From a virus (lineage: Duplodnaviria > Caudoviricetes): a stretch of DNA of 64,000 nt. Under the pieces are notes generated by a model. The model saw only the letters and a list, made by a program, of their open reading frames with translations, had not been told where the DNA came from and searched no databases. Positions 16,808-28,178 of the stretch are shown here, piece by piece (within the stretch, counting starts at the first letter, position 1; each line of letters opens with the position of its first letter). The DNA is taken from positions 64,001-128,000 of the IMG/VR virus record IMGVR_UViG_3300032219_002227; one strand, 5' to 3'. A program made the position numbers and the translations under genes.

Positions 16808-18063
16808 TGGCTAATAATGTTAACATAGCGTCTGTAATTTCTCCTGATATTGTTAGTACAATATCTAAATCTTCTTCTATTAAATCTTTTGGAGCTCAAT
16901 CAAAAGATAAAAGTAAAGAAATTTTAATAGTAGGAGACCAAACAAAAACAGCTCAAATAGATAATGAACTTGATTCTTTAACTGAGAAAGAACAAAAAGC
17001 AGGAGAAGAAAAATCTAAAACTGAGCAAGAAGCGTTATACAAATTTAATACAAAACAAATAACTCAAGATCAATATAATAAAATAACAGAAGCAACTTCT
17101 GTAGCTTTATTAGCTTCAAAAGCTCTTATTGATATAAATCGAGCAAAATTACAAAAAGATAAAGATAATATAAATAATAGTCCTTATACTTTATTACAAA
17201 ATAATCAAAAAATCAATGACAATAAGATTAAAACATTAGATAAAGATATAAAAAATACAGAAAATAAATCCAAAAAAGATTTAACTAAACAAGTACTATC
17301 TAATCCTACTAAAACATTGGCTTCTTTCTTATCACTCCAGTTGTCAAATAGTCTTTCTTTATTAGTATCTCAAAGAAAAAAATTAGAAGAATTAGTAGAT
17401 CAAGTAAATCTTTATATAGATACTCAAGTTAAAGATGAAACAACAGTTACTATAGCTACTAATTTAAGAAATAATGCTATAGCCTTAATTAATAACAGTA
17501 TTAAAAAAATAGATAATATTAATAAAGTAATTAAAACTATTAATACTATTATAATTACAATATCATTAATATTAGCTATAATAGAGCGAATTCTTAGTTT
17601 ACCTATACCTGTTTTACTCCCTTTGAAAGTTGAATTACAACCTAGACTTCAAAAAATATTAGGACTTTTATCAGCAATTAGTGTTATATTATCTATAGTT
17701 TCAGTATTATTATCTGATGAAATAATTAAACTTATAGAATTAAGAGAACGTTTAAAACAAATTAGTTTAAAATTAGATAATAAAGCTTTAGATAATCTAA
17801 ACGAACAACAATTAAACGATTTATCTAATACTTTTTTACCTGTAGGAATCGGAGAATTTCCTCCGTATAAAGGATTTAATTTTAAAATTAAAGAAGAACA
17901 AAATCTACAATTTGTTGTTAAAGGTAATAAACGTCGTTATGCTGTAGCTATTGATCGTTATGGTGTAGAAGCTATTAAAAGTGAATATTCATTTACACAA
18001 GATCCAAACGATTTAATAGAACAATTAAAATTAGTCATTGATCAACAAAACTTACAAGGTTAA
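16807..18063 (+). CDS. Baseplate-region helical protein with hydrophobic hairpin
   Basis: ORF in structural operon. Confidence 0.65.
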   Translation: MANNVNIASVISPDIVSTISKSSSIKSFGAQSKDKSKEILIVGDQTKTAQIDNELDSLTEKEQKAGEEKSKTEQEALYKFNTKQITQDQYNKITEATSVALLASKALIDINRAKLQKDKDNINNSPYTLLQNNQKINDNKIKTLDKDIKNTENKSKKDLTKQVLSNPTKTLASFLSLQLSNSLSLLVSQRKKLEELVDQVNLYIDTQVKDETTVTIATNLRNNAIALINNSIKKIDNINKVIKTINTIIITISLILAIIERILSLPIPVLLPLKVELQPRLQKILGLLSAISVILSIVSVLLSDEIIKLIELRERLKQISLKLDNKALDNLNEQQLNDLSNTFLPVGIGEFPPYKGFNFKIKEEQNLQFVVKGNKRRYAVAIDRYGVEAIKSEYSFTQDPNDLIEQLKLVIDQQNLQG

Positions 18064-18075
18064 ATATTTATAATT

Positions 18076-18399
18076 ATGAACGCTAAGATATTTAAAAATT
18101 TAATTAAAGAAGCAGTTCGCGAAGCTGTTCGTGAAGAAATTGGTGTTCTTTTATTAGAACAGAAAAAACAAGAACTAAATGAAAATAAAACACTCAGTTT
18201 TACTAGTAATGATGTACCTGTAAATAACGATGCTAGAGCAGCTTTACGTGGTAAAATGGGAAGTATGTTTGGATATGAATCGTCTCAACCACAATTAAAA
18301 GTTGATACTGCTTCTGATAACCCATTTGCTGCTTTTATTGCTGATGCTGGAGCTAATATGACTGCTCATGATAGAGCTGGATTAAGAAATTTAGACTAA
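18076..18399 (+). CDS. Virion-associated hypothetical with FKNLIKEAVREAVREE N-terminus
   Basis: ORF; motif shared with other tagged proteins. Confidence 0.7.
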   Translation: MNAKIFKNLIKEAVREAVREEIGVLLLEQKKQELNENKTLSFTSNDVPVNNDARAALRGKMGSMFGYESSQPQLKVDTASDNPFAAFIADAGANMTAHDRAGLRNLD

Positions 18400-18400
18400 T

Positions 18401-18805
18401 ATGCCGATACCTCAAACGATACGAGTAAATCCACTTGATTTACAAAAGAATATTGCTATTGGGGTATCTTTACCTTTTGATAAGCCTTTTACTAGTACTT
18501 ATACTACTAAGGATCAAATAAAGTCAAATTTAATTAATTTACTTTTAACAACTAGAGGAGAAAGACTAATGAATCCTCTTTTTGGAACAGGATTAAGAGA
18601 ATTTTTATTTGAAGGTATAACTGAACTTAATATTGGAAATCTAAAATTAGATCTTATAAATAGCATAAATATGTTTATACCTGAAATTTCAGTTGTAAAT
18701 ATAGATATAACTCCTAGCTACGATTCTAACTCTATAGAGTTAAATTTAAGTTATTTATTAAATATTTCAAATACACCTGATCAAGTAACAGTACAATTTC
18801 AATAA
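18401..18805 (+). CDS. gp25: Baseplate wedge subunit gp25-like
   Basis: QIKSNLINLLLTTRGERLMNPLFGTGLREFLFE. Confidence 0.9.
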   Translation: MPIPQTIRVNPLDLQKNIAIGVSLPFDKPFTSTYTTKDQIKSNLINLLLTTRGERLMNPLFGTGLREFLFEGITELNIGNLKLDLINSINMFIPEISVVNIDITPSYDSNSIELNLSYLLNISNTPDQVTVQFQ

Positions 18806-18807
18806 TA

Positions 18808-20643
18808 ATGTCTGAAGAAAAAAATATATCATACTTAAATAAAGACTTTACAAGTTTTAAAAATGCTCTTCAGCAATATGCTAAAACTTATTTTCCTACA
18901 ACATATAACGATTTTACAGAGGCAACTCCTGGTAATTTATTTATTGAAATGGCATCTTATGTAGGAGATGTAATGTCATTTTATTTAGATACCCAAACAC
19001 AAGAAAATTTTCTTTTATATGCTAAAGAAAAGGAAAATTTATATGCAATGTCGTATGTTATGGGTTATCGTCCTAAAGCATCATATGCTTCAAATACAAT
19101 AGTTGATATATACCAACTAGTACCTTCTACAGCTACTTTAGGAATATATTCTCCAGACTATAATACATACGGTCTTATTATCCCCGCTAATACAGTTTTA
19201 ACTTCTAACAGTACTGGAACTAAATTTTTAATAACAGAAGATGTTGACTTTACTCAAACAAGTAGTGTCGAAATATCTTTTATAGATTCTAACTACTTTC
19301 TTTTTAAAAAATCAGTTCCTGCTATATCTGCAGAAGTAAAATCTACTTCAATTTCATTTCCTGGTAATCAAAAATTTGTTACATCTAATATTGTTGATAC
19401 TAATGTATTACAAATATTAAATATAACAGGAAGTGATGGAAATGTATGGTATGAAGTACCTTATTTAGCCCAAACTTCTATATATAAAAAAGTATCGAAC
19501 CCAACTTCTGCTACAGATCAAGTTCCTTATTTATTACAACTACAAAGAGCTCCTAGAAGATTCGTTTCTCGTCTCTTATCAGATAATACATTACAATTAG
19601 AATTTGGAGCAGGACTATCTCAAAATAAAACAGATTCTCAAATTATACCTACTCCGGATAATATTCAATTAGGATTAGTACCTGGAATTTCATTATTAAC
19701 TAACAATTATAATGAAGCTTCAGTAATGTTTACTCAAGAATATGGATTAGCTCCTTCTGGTTCTTTTACAGTAAAATATCTAGTAGGAGGAGGAATAACA
19801 TCTAATATCCCAGCTAACGATTTAACTACTATAAATACCTCAGCTGTATATTTTAAAAATGGTAATCCTGGAGGTCTATTAGCAACTAATGTGCTAAGCA
19901 GTGTTGTATCTAATAATCCTATTCCTTCAACAGGAGGTAAAAATGGTGATACTATAGATGAAATTCGCCAAAATGCTCTTTATGCTTATTCAACTCAATT
20001 ACGAGCTGTAACTAAAGATGATTATATTGTAAGAGCAATGTCTTTACCTTCTGAGTATGGTACTATAGCTAAAGCTTACATATCACAAGATTTATATCAA
20101 TCACCACAGCAAACTGTAGCATTTACTCAACAAAATAATCCTTTATCTTTAGATTTATATGTGTTATCTTATAATGCTAATAAACAAATAACACAAGCAT
20201 CTATTTCATTAAAAAATAATCTATCAACCTATATTAATCAATATAGAATGGTTACTGATGCTATTAATATTAGAGATGCATTTTATATTAATATTGGAAT
20301 TAATTTTGATATTACTATATTAAGTGGATTTTCTAATAAAGATGTTTTAACTAGTTGTATATCTACATTGCAAGATTACTTTAATATAGATAAATGGCAA
20401 ATTAATCAACCTATTACTCTTTCTGATGTTACTTCTAAGATTTTACAAGTAAGAGGAGTACAATCTGTTGTTAAATTAGAAATAGTGAATAAACAAGATC
20501 CTACAGGAAATACTTATTCGTTATATGGATATGACATAGCAGGAGCAACTAAAAATGGAAATGTATACCCTTCTATGGATCCTGCAATTTTTGAAATTAG
20601 ATACCCTAACACGGATATACAAGGTAGAGTAGTAACATTTTAA
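18808..20643 (+). CDS. gp6: Baseplate wedge subunit gp6-like (baseplate J family)
   Basis: YLNKDFTSFK, YNDF..PG..FIEMASYVGD, GG..DTIDEIR, QLRAVTKDDY. Confidence 0.9.
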   Translation: MSEEKNISYLNKDFTSFKNALQQYAKTYFPTTYNDFTEATPGNLFIEMASYVGDVMSFYLDTQTQENFLLYAKEKENLYAMSYVMGYRPKASYASNTIVDIYQLVPSTATLGIYSPDYNTYGLIIPANTVLTSNSTGTKFLITEDVDFTQTSSVEISFIDSNYFLFKKSVPAISAEVKSTSISFPGNQKFVTSNIVDTNVLQILNITGSDGNVWYEVPYLAQTSIYKKVSNPTSATDQVPYLLQLQRAPRRFVSRLLSDNTLQLEFGAGLSQNKTDSQIIPTPDNIQLGLVPGISLLTNNYNEASVMFTQEYGLAPSGSFTVKYLVGGGITSNIPANDLTTINTSAVYFKNGNPGGLLATNVLSSVVSNNPIPSTGGKNGDTIDEIRQNALYAYSTQLRAVTKDDYIVRAMSLPSEYGTIAKAYISQDLYQSPQQTVAFTQQNNPLSLDLYVLSYNANKQITQASISLKNNLSTYINQYRMVTDAINIRDAFYINIGINFDITILSGFSNKDVLTSCISTLQDYFNIDKWQINQPITLSDVTSKILQVRGVQSVVKLEIVNKQDPTGNTYSLYGYDIAGATKNGNVYPSMDPAIFEIRYPNTDIQGRVVTF

Positions 20644-20692
20644 TGTAAAATAATTTAGTAGTTACTATATTTATACGTAGTAATTACTAACT

Positions 20693-21790
20693 ATGGCTGT
20701 TTATAAAATATTTCCTGAAAAGAGTGCTACTCTCTATTCATACTACCCTGCCTTAAACTCAGGAATAGATGAAATATTAGAAGTTAGTACTTTCTATTCC
20801 ATTGGAGGAACCAATGATGTATCACGTATCCTTATAAAATTTCCAACTAATCAAATAAGTGACACTATTACTAGTAAAATAGCAGGAAAGTTATTTGATG
20901 TTTATTTAAAAGCATATCTCGCCAATGCATCTTCAGTTCCATTAAATTATACTTTACTTTCTCATCCTATTTCTAAAGATTGGAATAAAGGAACAGGACG
21001 ATTATCTAATTCTCCTATCACTACAGATGGAGCTAGCTGGACTTTTACTGATCAATCAGGAAGTATTAAATGGATAAATGGTGCTTTTCCTTCAGGAACT
21101 ACAGGATCTTATACAGGATCTAATGTTGGTGGTGGAACATGGTGGACTAGTTCATTATACCAATCGACTCAATCTTTTAATAATATATCTGATAAAGATA
21201 TTGAACTAAAAGTTACTGAAACTGTAAAAGCATGGAATAGTGGTTCTATTAGTAACTATGGATTTATATTAAAACATTCCTCATCTTTAGAGTTTACTAC
21301 AGCTTCTAAGTTTGAATTAAAATATTTTTCAGATAATACACATACTATTTATCCTCCTGCTCTTGAATTTAGATGGGATGATTCATTATATGCTACTGGT
21401 TCATTAACTGTATTTACTTCAAGTTTATGTGCTGTAACAATGTGGAATAATAAAGCTGAATTCCAACAGGATTCAATTCAGCGTTTTAGAGTAAATGTAA
21501 GAGATCAATATCCATCCGTAGCATTCAGAACATCGATTAGTTATGCTAATACAAAAGCATTACCTTCTACTTCATATTGGTCAATAAAAGATTTGGATAC
21601 TGAAGAAATTGTCGTAGATTATGACACTTCATATACTAAAATAAGCTGTGATACTAATGGTAATTATTTCAATGTTTATATGAATGGGTTAGAACCAGAA
21701 CGTTATTATAAAGTATTAATTAAATCTATATTTTCAAACGGAGAATCAATAGTATTTGATAAAGATTATATTTTTAAAGTTATTAGATAA
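20693..21790 (+). CDS. Virion structural protein
   Basis: Beta-rich, S/T/G-rich; late box at 20668. Confidence 0.65.
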   Translation: MAVYKIFPEKSATLYSYYPALNSGIDEILEVSTFYSIGGTNDVSRILIKFPTNQISDTITSKIAGKLFDVYLKAYLANASSVPLNYTLLSHPISKDWNKGTGRLSNSPITTDGASWTFTDQSGSIKWINGAFPSGTTGSYTGSNVGGGTWWTSSLYQSTQSFNNISDKDIELKVTETVKAWNSGSISNYGFILKHSSSLEFTTASKFELKYFSDNTHTIYPPALEFRWDDSLYATGSLTVFTSSLCAVTMWNNKAEFQQDSIQRFRVNVRDQYPSVAFRTSISYANTKALPSTSYWSIKDLDTEEIVVDYDTSYTKISCDTNGNYFNVYMNGLEPERYYKVLIKSIFSNGESIVFDKDYIFKVIR

Positions 21791-22131
21791 TGTCACAAAT
21801 ACCAGTACAAAAAACTGTATTTAATAAAGATACCTATAGTAGAGTAATTGACACCCAATTCAGTCAGTTTACTTCTCAAGGAGAAGAAGAAACTTTATCT
21901 TTTACAGTTAATGATTTTTTTGAATTATATGATCAAGTATTTTATCAAATACCTAGGGATGGAGATGCAGATTCACATCAATATATTTTACAACGTGAAG
22001 CTGATTATTTAGGAGTTAATATAAATCAAGATGATGTGCAAGCTTTATTAGATGAAATTACAACATTAAGGCAGCAATTACTTGATTCGCAAACAATAGT
22101 AAATGAGTTAACTAGGGTAACTAGACAATAA
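21790..22131 (+). CDS. Hypothetical structural protein
   Basis: Coupled ORF. Confidence 0.65.
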   Translation: MSQIPVQKTVFNKDTYSRVIDTQFSQFTSQGEEETLSFTVNDFFELYDQVFYQIPRDGDADSHQYILQREADYLGVNINQDDVQALLDEITTLRQQLLDSQTIVNELTRVTRQ

Positions 22132-25100
22132 TGGCAGAAAATATAAAAATAGTAGGTGAAATTGTTGCTACAGAGCAAATATCTCGTTATAATGAGGCTG
22201 ATCTTAATTTACTTAATCCTTTTACTTTAAAAGAAGATTTTGGACAGCTTAATGATTATATAGAATATTATGTTTATGATGCTGGTGGAAATCTTTTAAA
22301 TACTAATTATAATTATAATAGTTTTAAATTAGATCCAAGTTCTTATATAAATCCTACTAATGGTTCTTTACCTGTAATAGAAATTGATCCGGTAAAAGAT
22401 CTTCAAAATCTAGGATATACCTCAGGGGAATTTAGACCACAATATAATTTTTTTAATAATAAAGTTTCAAACCCAACTGCTGATTTATTCTTAAAAGAAG
22501 TTTCATCTGATAGAACAGAAATAAAAGTAGGCTCTACTGTTCTTACAAATCAACAAATTGAAGACGCTGCTTTATCTCTTATAAATGAATATACAGGGTC
22601 TGCTTACTTTGTTAATTATTTAATTAACTTTGGATCTAATGTACAAGCAGTAGCAGTAAATGTTGCTTTAAATAAACTTGATTCTGGCTATGAAATCTGG
22701 TTTAAACTATATCAGTCTCTATCAATAGATATTCAAGATAAATCAACATTGTGGGTTGTAGAAGAAAAAGTTAATCCTTATTTATTTAATATTAACTTAG
22801 ATAAATTAATTCTTCCTTCTACTGGATCACAATTGAGAGGTCCTAATTTTAGTATTGAAATTCCTAATCAAAATAATGTTGCTACTTCATATCAAACATA
22901 TGATGCTTTAATTAATAACATAAAGAATGTATCTTCTTCATATCAGCAATTATTAAGTATTATTACTTCTCAAAGTATAGACATTAATACAGATTATGCA
23001 GATTTTACAAACTTTGTATTTTTTAGCTCAGCTAAACAAAGATTAACAAATTTTTACGGTAAAGTAAAAGATATAGAAGATTATAGAAATAATATAAATA
23101 CTTATATTCCTTTAACTTCTAGTTATCCTAACTTAATAAACGATTATAATAACGCTACAGCTAGTATAAATAATACTATAGCTAATTTTGATGGATTTGA
23201 ATATTATTTATATTTTGAAAGTGGATCTACTTTAACATCTTCATTAGAATATAGAATTAATCCATATCCAAAAACTGGAACTCAAAGACCACTTAATTTA
23301 TTATCAACTGGTTCAAGTACTGTTTTAACTTGGTATAATGCTTCTACTTCTAGTGCTGAAAATTATGATGATTACAATCAAAATAATTTAATTTATACTG
23401 TACCTTCATTTATAAAAGATGATAATAGTAATGCTCCTTACCTGACTTTTCTTAATATGGTAGGTCATTACTTTGATAATATTTGGATTTATCTTAAAGC
23501 AGTTACTGATATTAATTTAGCTAATAATAATTTAGAAAAAGGTGTTTCTAAAGACTTAGTATATACTGTTCTACAATCATTAGGAACTAAATTATATAAC
23601 AAGTATGGTGATATAGAAAATAATCTTTATCTAGTAGGTCAAGATAGTGGTAGTGTATTATTTGATAATAATTTTACTCCTACTGGTTCTTTTTTAAATA
23701 ATATTCCTCGTAAAGATTTAGTAGCTGAAACTTATAAACGAATTTATCATAATTTACCTTTATTATTAAAAACTAGAGGTACATCTTATGGATTACAAAC
23801 TTTAATATCTACTTTCGGTATTACTGGGAGTATATTAAGTGTTAAAGAATATGGTGGTAATTTAAAGTCTCAAACTTTAGATGAATATAACAGTGATAAA
23901 GTTAGAATATTATCTAATAATATAGTAACAGGAAGTGTTTTATCTCCTCATATTAGTTTACAACAATATCCATCATCGTCTGATTATTTTAGAACTAATG
24001 ATTCTCACTACGTTGATGTTTCTTTTTCTCCTCAAACGCAAATAGATAGTTACGCCTCTACATCTATCGCGACATCAAACTCAACTTGGTCTATAGATGA
24101 CTTTATAGGAGATCCAGGATATTTATATAGTAGTTCATATGATAATTTAAATAGCCAAAGAAATACTTATTATAATTTTAATCCTTCATACTTAGATTAT
24201 GCTGGATTTATTCGCCTGATTCAATTTTTTGATAATTCATTGTTTAAAATGATAAAAGATTTTACCCCAGCTAGGGCAAATCTTTCTACAGGCGTTACTA
24301 TTAATTCTCCAGTATTAGAAAGGAATAAATTTGCCTATGCAAATCCTTCTTCTACTTCTGAAATTACTATCTATACAGGTAGTATAGATGGACCTAGTAT
24401 ATCTTCAGAATATACTGATTTATATGATGGATTAGGAGGAAATAAAATAGCCTATTATGATGGAACTATAACAGGTAGTAATATTGATTATAAAAATGAT
24501 TGGATAGCAAGAAATTTTAATCCTTATTTACTCTCTATTGGTACTATATCTGGATCTGATTTAGATATATTTACTCATTCTGAATTTAATGTATTATTAA
24601 ATAACGTTTCATCTAGTGTATTATCACTAAATAGAAAATTACGTCAACCTATATATACCGGAACTGGATTAAATTTTGTTTTAGCTGGATATTCTTCTAG
24701 TTATTTTGCCGAATTGCAAGACTCATATGAATCTTTAATTTCATATAATAGACCTAGATATGATGGAGTTAAAATAAGTAGCTTATATTATAATAATTAT
24801 ACTTCTGCTTCTTCAACTTACGAAGGAGATACATCATATGGTAAAACAGCTACTATTGATAAACAAGTAAGACAAATAGGATTATTTACAGAAATAATAT
24901 CTTCTTCTTTCTTACCTAGACGTAATAGAATATCTATAAAATATCTTGTAGATGAATTTGGCGGATTAACAGAATTAAACCAACGTAATAAACATTGGGA
25001 AGATGTACAAAGAACATTTATAGCAGGTGATAATTTAAATATATCATTATTTGATAATCAAAAATTTGGTAACCAAAAAACTACTGATGGTGATAAATTA

Positions 25101-25796
25101 ATATTCGATAGTGGATATTCATATTATCCTATTTTATATTTTGCTAGTTGTAGTGCTGATCCTACAATATATTTTGAAAACTTAGGTGGACCTAGTGCTT
25201 ATAGAGCAACAGCTAAGAATGTAAGTTCTTCTTATTCTATAAGTGGATCATCTCCATTAGGATTTCCTATAGCTGGGGGTGTTGTAAAAAATATATTTAA
25301 TTATGAAACTGAAGATTTAAGTAATGTATTTTTTCCTGGCACACTTGCTAGTTTCCCTTCATATTCTGTAGTTGAATCAGGCCAATATAATATTCAAGCT
25401 GAATTTGATGTAACGGTAACTTTACCAGATAGTGGAATAGCTTCTTGGTCTTTACAAGTATTTAAAAACAGCGATCCTACTCCTTTATTTGAAAGTGAAA
25501 ATATATACACTAATGCCTCTCCGATAATTTCATATAGAATATTATTTGCTACTGGATCTGCAGCAGGCGATGTTTGTTCTAGAGGCCCATCTAATTCAGG
25601 TGTTGCTTGGTCAAATACCCAATATCCAGGAAATGGAGATACTATTTTTACTAACTCTAGCTTAACAACCCCAGTTGCTATTACAGGGTATTTTGCACAG
25701 TATATTCCTAATATTCCTGATCCAACATATTATGGACCTACTCGTACTATTTCTGGTAATACAGTAGGAAGTGATAGTGGAGTACCTCAATGTTAA
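22131..25796 (+). CDS. Large baseplate/tail structural protein
   Basis: 1221 aa; YKRIYHNLPLLLKTRGT..GL..L..FG resembles wedge/tail-I type motif. Confidence 0.65.
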   Translation: MAENIKIVGEIVATEQISRYNEADLNLLNPFTLKEDFGQLNDYIEYYVYDAGGNLLNTNYNYNSFKLDPSSYINPTNGSLPVIEIDPVKDLQNLGYTSGEFRPQYNFFNNKVSNPTADLFLKEVSSDRTEIKVGSTVLTNQQIEDAALSLINEYTGSAYFVNYLINFGSNVQAVAVNVALNKLDSGYEIWFKLYQSLSIDIQDKSTLWVVEEKVNPYLFNINLDKLILPSTGSQLRGPNFSIEIPNQNNVATSYQTYDALINNIKNVSSSYQQLLSIITSQSIDINTDYADFTNFVFFSSAKQRLTNFYGKVKDIEDYRNNINTYIPLTSSYPNLINDYNNATASINNTIANFDGFEYYLYFESGSTLTSSLEYRINPYPKTGTQRPLNLLSTGSSTVLTWYNASTSSAENYDDYNQNNLIYTVPSFIKDDNSNAPYLTFLNMVGHYFDNIWIYLKAVTDINLANNNLEKGVSKDLVYTVLQSLGTKLYNKYGDIENNLYLVGQDSGSVLFDNNFTPTGSFLNNIPRKDLVAETYKRIYHNLPLLLKTRGTSYGLQTLISTFGITGSILSVKEYGGNLKSQTLDEYNSDKVRILSNNIVTGSVLSPHISLQQYPSSSDYFRTNDSHYVDVSFSPQTQIDSYASTSIATSNSTWSIDDFIGDPGYLYSSSYDNLNSQRNTYYNFNPSYLDYAGFIRLIQFFDNSLFKMIKDFTPARANLSTGVTINSPVLERNKFAYANPSSTSEITIYTGSIDGPSISSEYTDLYDGLGGNKIAYYDGTITGSNIDYKNDWIARNFNPYLLSIGTISGSDLDIFTHSEFNVLLNNVSSSVLSLNRKLRQPIYTGTGLNFVLAGYSSSYFAELQDSYESLISYNRPRYDGVKISSLYYNNYTSASSTYEGDTSYGKTATIDKQVRQIGLFTEIISSSFLPRRNRISIKYLVDEFGGLTELNQRNKHWEDVQRTFIAGDNLNISLFDNQKFGNQKTTDGDKLIFDSGYSYYPILYFASCSADPTIYFENLGGPSAYRATAKNVSSSYSISGSSPLGFPIAGGVVKNIFNYETEDLSNVFFPGTLASFPSYSVVESGQYNIQAEFDVTVTLPDSGIASWSLQVFKNSDPTPLFESENIYTNASPIISYRILFATGSAAGDVCSRGPSNSGVAWSNTQYPGNGDTIFTNSSLTTPVAITGYFAQYIPNIPDPTYYGPTRTISGNTVGSDSGVPQC

Positions 25797-25808
25797 AACT
25801 AACTAATT

Positions 25809-26534
25809 ATGGCTTTTACACAAACTAAAACCTTTAGTATAAATCAAAATGGTGTTTCTTTAGACATCGGAGATAAATTAATTTTTAAATTAGTTTTAGA
25901 GGGATCTTCTACAAGTAATTTTACTGCTTCTATAAGTCAAGGATCATTAAACATAGCGTCTTTAGCTGCATCTACCGGATATGCATCAACAGATTGTCCT
26001 TACTTCGATTCAAGCTCTATATCAGCATCAATGGCTTCTTCTAATAACAATATCATAACTTTAGATTCAGGTGTAACTAATTTTCATAACAATAATTATC
26101 AATTTGTACCTAATCCACTTTCTGGGTCTTTAAGTAGTTTATATGATGAATATGGAGATGTAGATTATCCTTTTTCTATTAAATCATATGATATAGCTAT
26201 AACTTATCTATCAGATAAAACATTTGTTGAATCTAGAATTATTAGTACTTCTCTTTCAGCAACTAGTCTTCTTCAATTACATTTAGATGCACCATTATCT
26301 AATTTTTATGCTACTAACTTAATATCAGGATCTTATAAAAGCTTTTTAATATTATCTAGAGTAAACGATGAAACTAACGCACATGCTGTATTTAGAAAAA
26401 GAGATGGAAAAACATCATATGGATTTATAATTCCGGATAATTTAGCTCCGGATGTATTGGCTAATATAGATACTATAACACGTCAAGTAAAACAAAAATT
26501 ATTAGCTGATCAACAAGGTAGTACATCATTATAA
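25809..26534 (+). CDS. Structural protein, possibly the split-off C-terminal part of the upstream gene
   Basis: Same frame as upstream ORF, 12 nt after its stop. Confidence 0.6.
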   Translation: MAFTQTKTFSINQNGVSLDIGDKLIFKLVLEGSSTSNFTASISQGSLNIASLAASTGYASTDCPYFDSSSISASMASSNNNIITLDSGVTNFHNNNYQFVPNPLSGSLSSLYDEYGDVDYPFSIKSYDIAITYLSDKTFVESRIISTSLSATSLLQLHLDAPLSNFYATNLISGSYKSFLILSRVNDETNAHAVFRKRDGKTSYGFIIPDNLAPDVLANIDTITRQVKQKLLADQQGSTSL

Positions 26535-26578
26535 AACTTAATTTTTTAACATATTTATAATATATATAATAAACTGAT

Positions 26579-27241
26579 ATGGCGATTTTAAATTCTGCAA
26601 CTATAACCGTAGATGCAATATTAACTACAAAAGGCCGTGAACTATTAGCTCGCAATGATGGTTCATTTAAAATTACACAATTTTCATTAGCCGATGATGA
26701 AATTGATTATACTTTGTATAATCCAACCCACCCATCTGGTTCTGCGTTCTATGGTGAAGCAATTGAAAATACACCGGTGTTAGAAGCATTTCCTGAAGAT
26801 TCACAAATTATGCGTTACAAACTTGTAACATTACCTCGTGGAACCTCTAAACTACCAGTAATTAATCTTGGATATACTGCCGTTTCACTTAAACAGGGGG
26901 CTTCATTAACAATTACTCCACAAACACTTAATTATTTAGGTGCTACAAGTACATTTGAATCTAATGGATATGTTGCTACAATTGCTGATTCTCGTTTAGT
27001 ATCTACCTTTACTGGTACAGGTATTACTACTACAACTCCAGTTTCAGGATTGAATACAACTACAGGAACTGTATTGTCAGTAACTCAAGTAGGTACTTCA
27101 TTCACATTAACCGGTACTACAATTAATACTTTGTTCGGAACTAGTTTGTCTTCTCTAACTACTACTATTACCGTGATTGGTAGAGATAGTGGTGCTAGGA
27201 TTACTATTCCTCTTAATATTTTAAAAGTATCAACACTTTAA
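26579..27241 (+). CDS. Virion structural protein
   Basis: VDAILTTKGRELLA...ITQFSLADDEIDY; late box at 26552. Confidence 0.7.
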   Translation: MAILNSATITVDAILTTKGRELLARNDGSFKITQFSLADDEIDYTLYNPTHPSGSAFYGEAIENTPVLEAFPEDSQIMRYKLVTLPRGTSKLPVINLGYTAVSLKQGASLTITPQTLNYLGATSTFESNGYVATIADSRLVSTFTGTGITTTTPVSGLNTTTGTVLSVTQVGTSFTLTGTTINTLFGTSLSSLTTTITVIGRDSGARITIPLNILKVSTL

Positions 27242-27254
27242 TATAATATAAAAT

Positions 27255-28175
27255 ATGTCATTTGTAAGATACAACCCAGAAGATCAAGTAGTAAGCTCAG
27301 AAACCGTAGTACGTGGTTTATGGAGTGGAGATACATATAACTTAGCTAATCTAGGATTCTTTACTGCTAGTTCTAATACATCTTATTATTTAAATGTATA
27401 CGATACTGCCGGTACAGCTTCATTACAGTTTGCTATTCAATATGGTAATTTACAAGGATCAGGATCTACTCCTATAAATTCTTTAGTACCTGGTAATACT
27501 CCAACTCGTATCGTATATGGAGAATATAGAAATTTAGTTTATGGAACTGAAAATCAAAACTTTGTATTTAACGGATCTGTATCAGCAAGCGGAATTTATA
27601 TTGTAAATATTGCTCGCTCTCGCTATAAAGAAAGTCTCCAACCAGGTTCTCTTGAATTAACAGTAGGTACTAGAACATTAATTGATGATAGTACAACTAC
27701 TAATTTATCTCGTTTCCTAGGTGAAAATAGATATTATAACCTAATTAGCGGAAGTATAGCTAGTGGTTCATCTAGCACAGCTGTTAATTATGGGTTTTTC
27801 TTCCCCGACATGGGTCTTCTTGTATTAGACTCTGGAAGTTTAGGAGCTAGTGTAACAGGAACTGGATCTGCAGCATTGTTTAATGCTATTAAAACGGGCA
27901 ATAACTTTAAACTTCAATCAGCAGAAACTGTATCTTCAACCTATTTCTTTACACGTGTAAAAAATAGTGAATTTAATTATACTACTAATCCATCTATTAT
28001 AGATGATAATGGTAATTTATTATATACTGCATTAATTAATAACCCACAGACATATCCAACAACTGTAGGATTATATAATGACAATAATGAATTACTTGCT
28101 GTAGCTAAATTAAGTAGACCTTTAACAAAGGATTTTACAAAAGAAGCCTTAATTAGAATCAAATTAGATTATTAA
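27255..28175 (+). CDS. Tail/baseplate structural protein
   Basis: C-terminal TTVGLYNDNNELLAVAKL (tail-collar/fibre-like). Confidence 0.65.
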   Translation: MSFVRYNPEDQVVSSETVVRGLWSGDTYNLANLGFFTASSNTSYYLNVYDTAGTASLQFAIQYGNLQGSGSTPINSLVPGNTPTRIVYGEYRNLVYGTENQNFVFNGSVSASGIYIVNIARSRYKESLQPGSLELTVGTRTLIDDSTTTNLSRFLGENRYYNLISGSIASGSSSTAVNYGFFFPDMGLLVLDSGSLGASVTGTGSAALFNAIKTGNNFKLQSAETVSSTYFFTRVKNSEFNYTTNPSIIDDNGNLLYTALINNPQTYPTTVGLYNDNNELLAVAKLSRPLTKDFTKEALIRIKLDY

Positions 28176-28178
28176 TGC

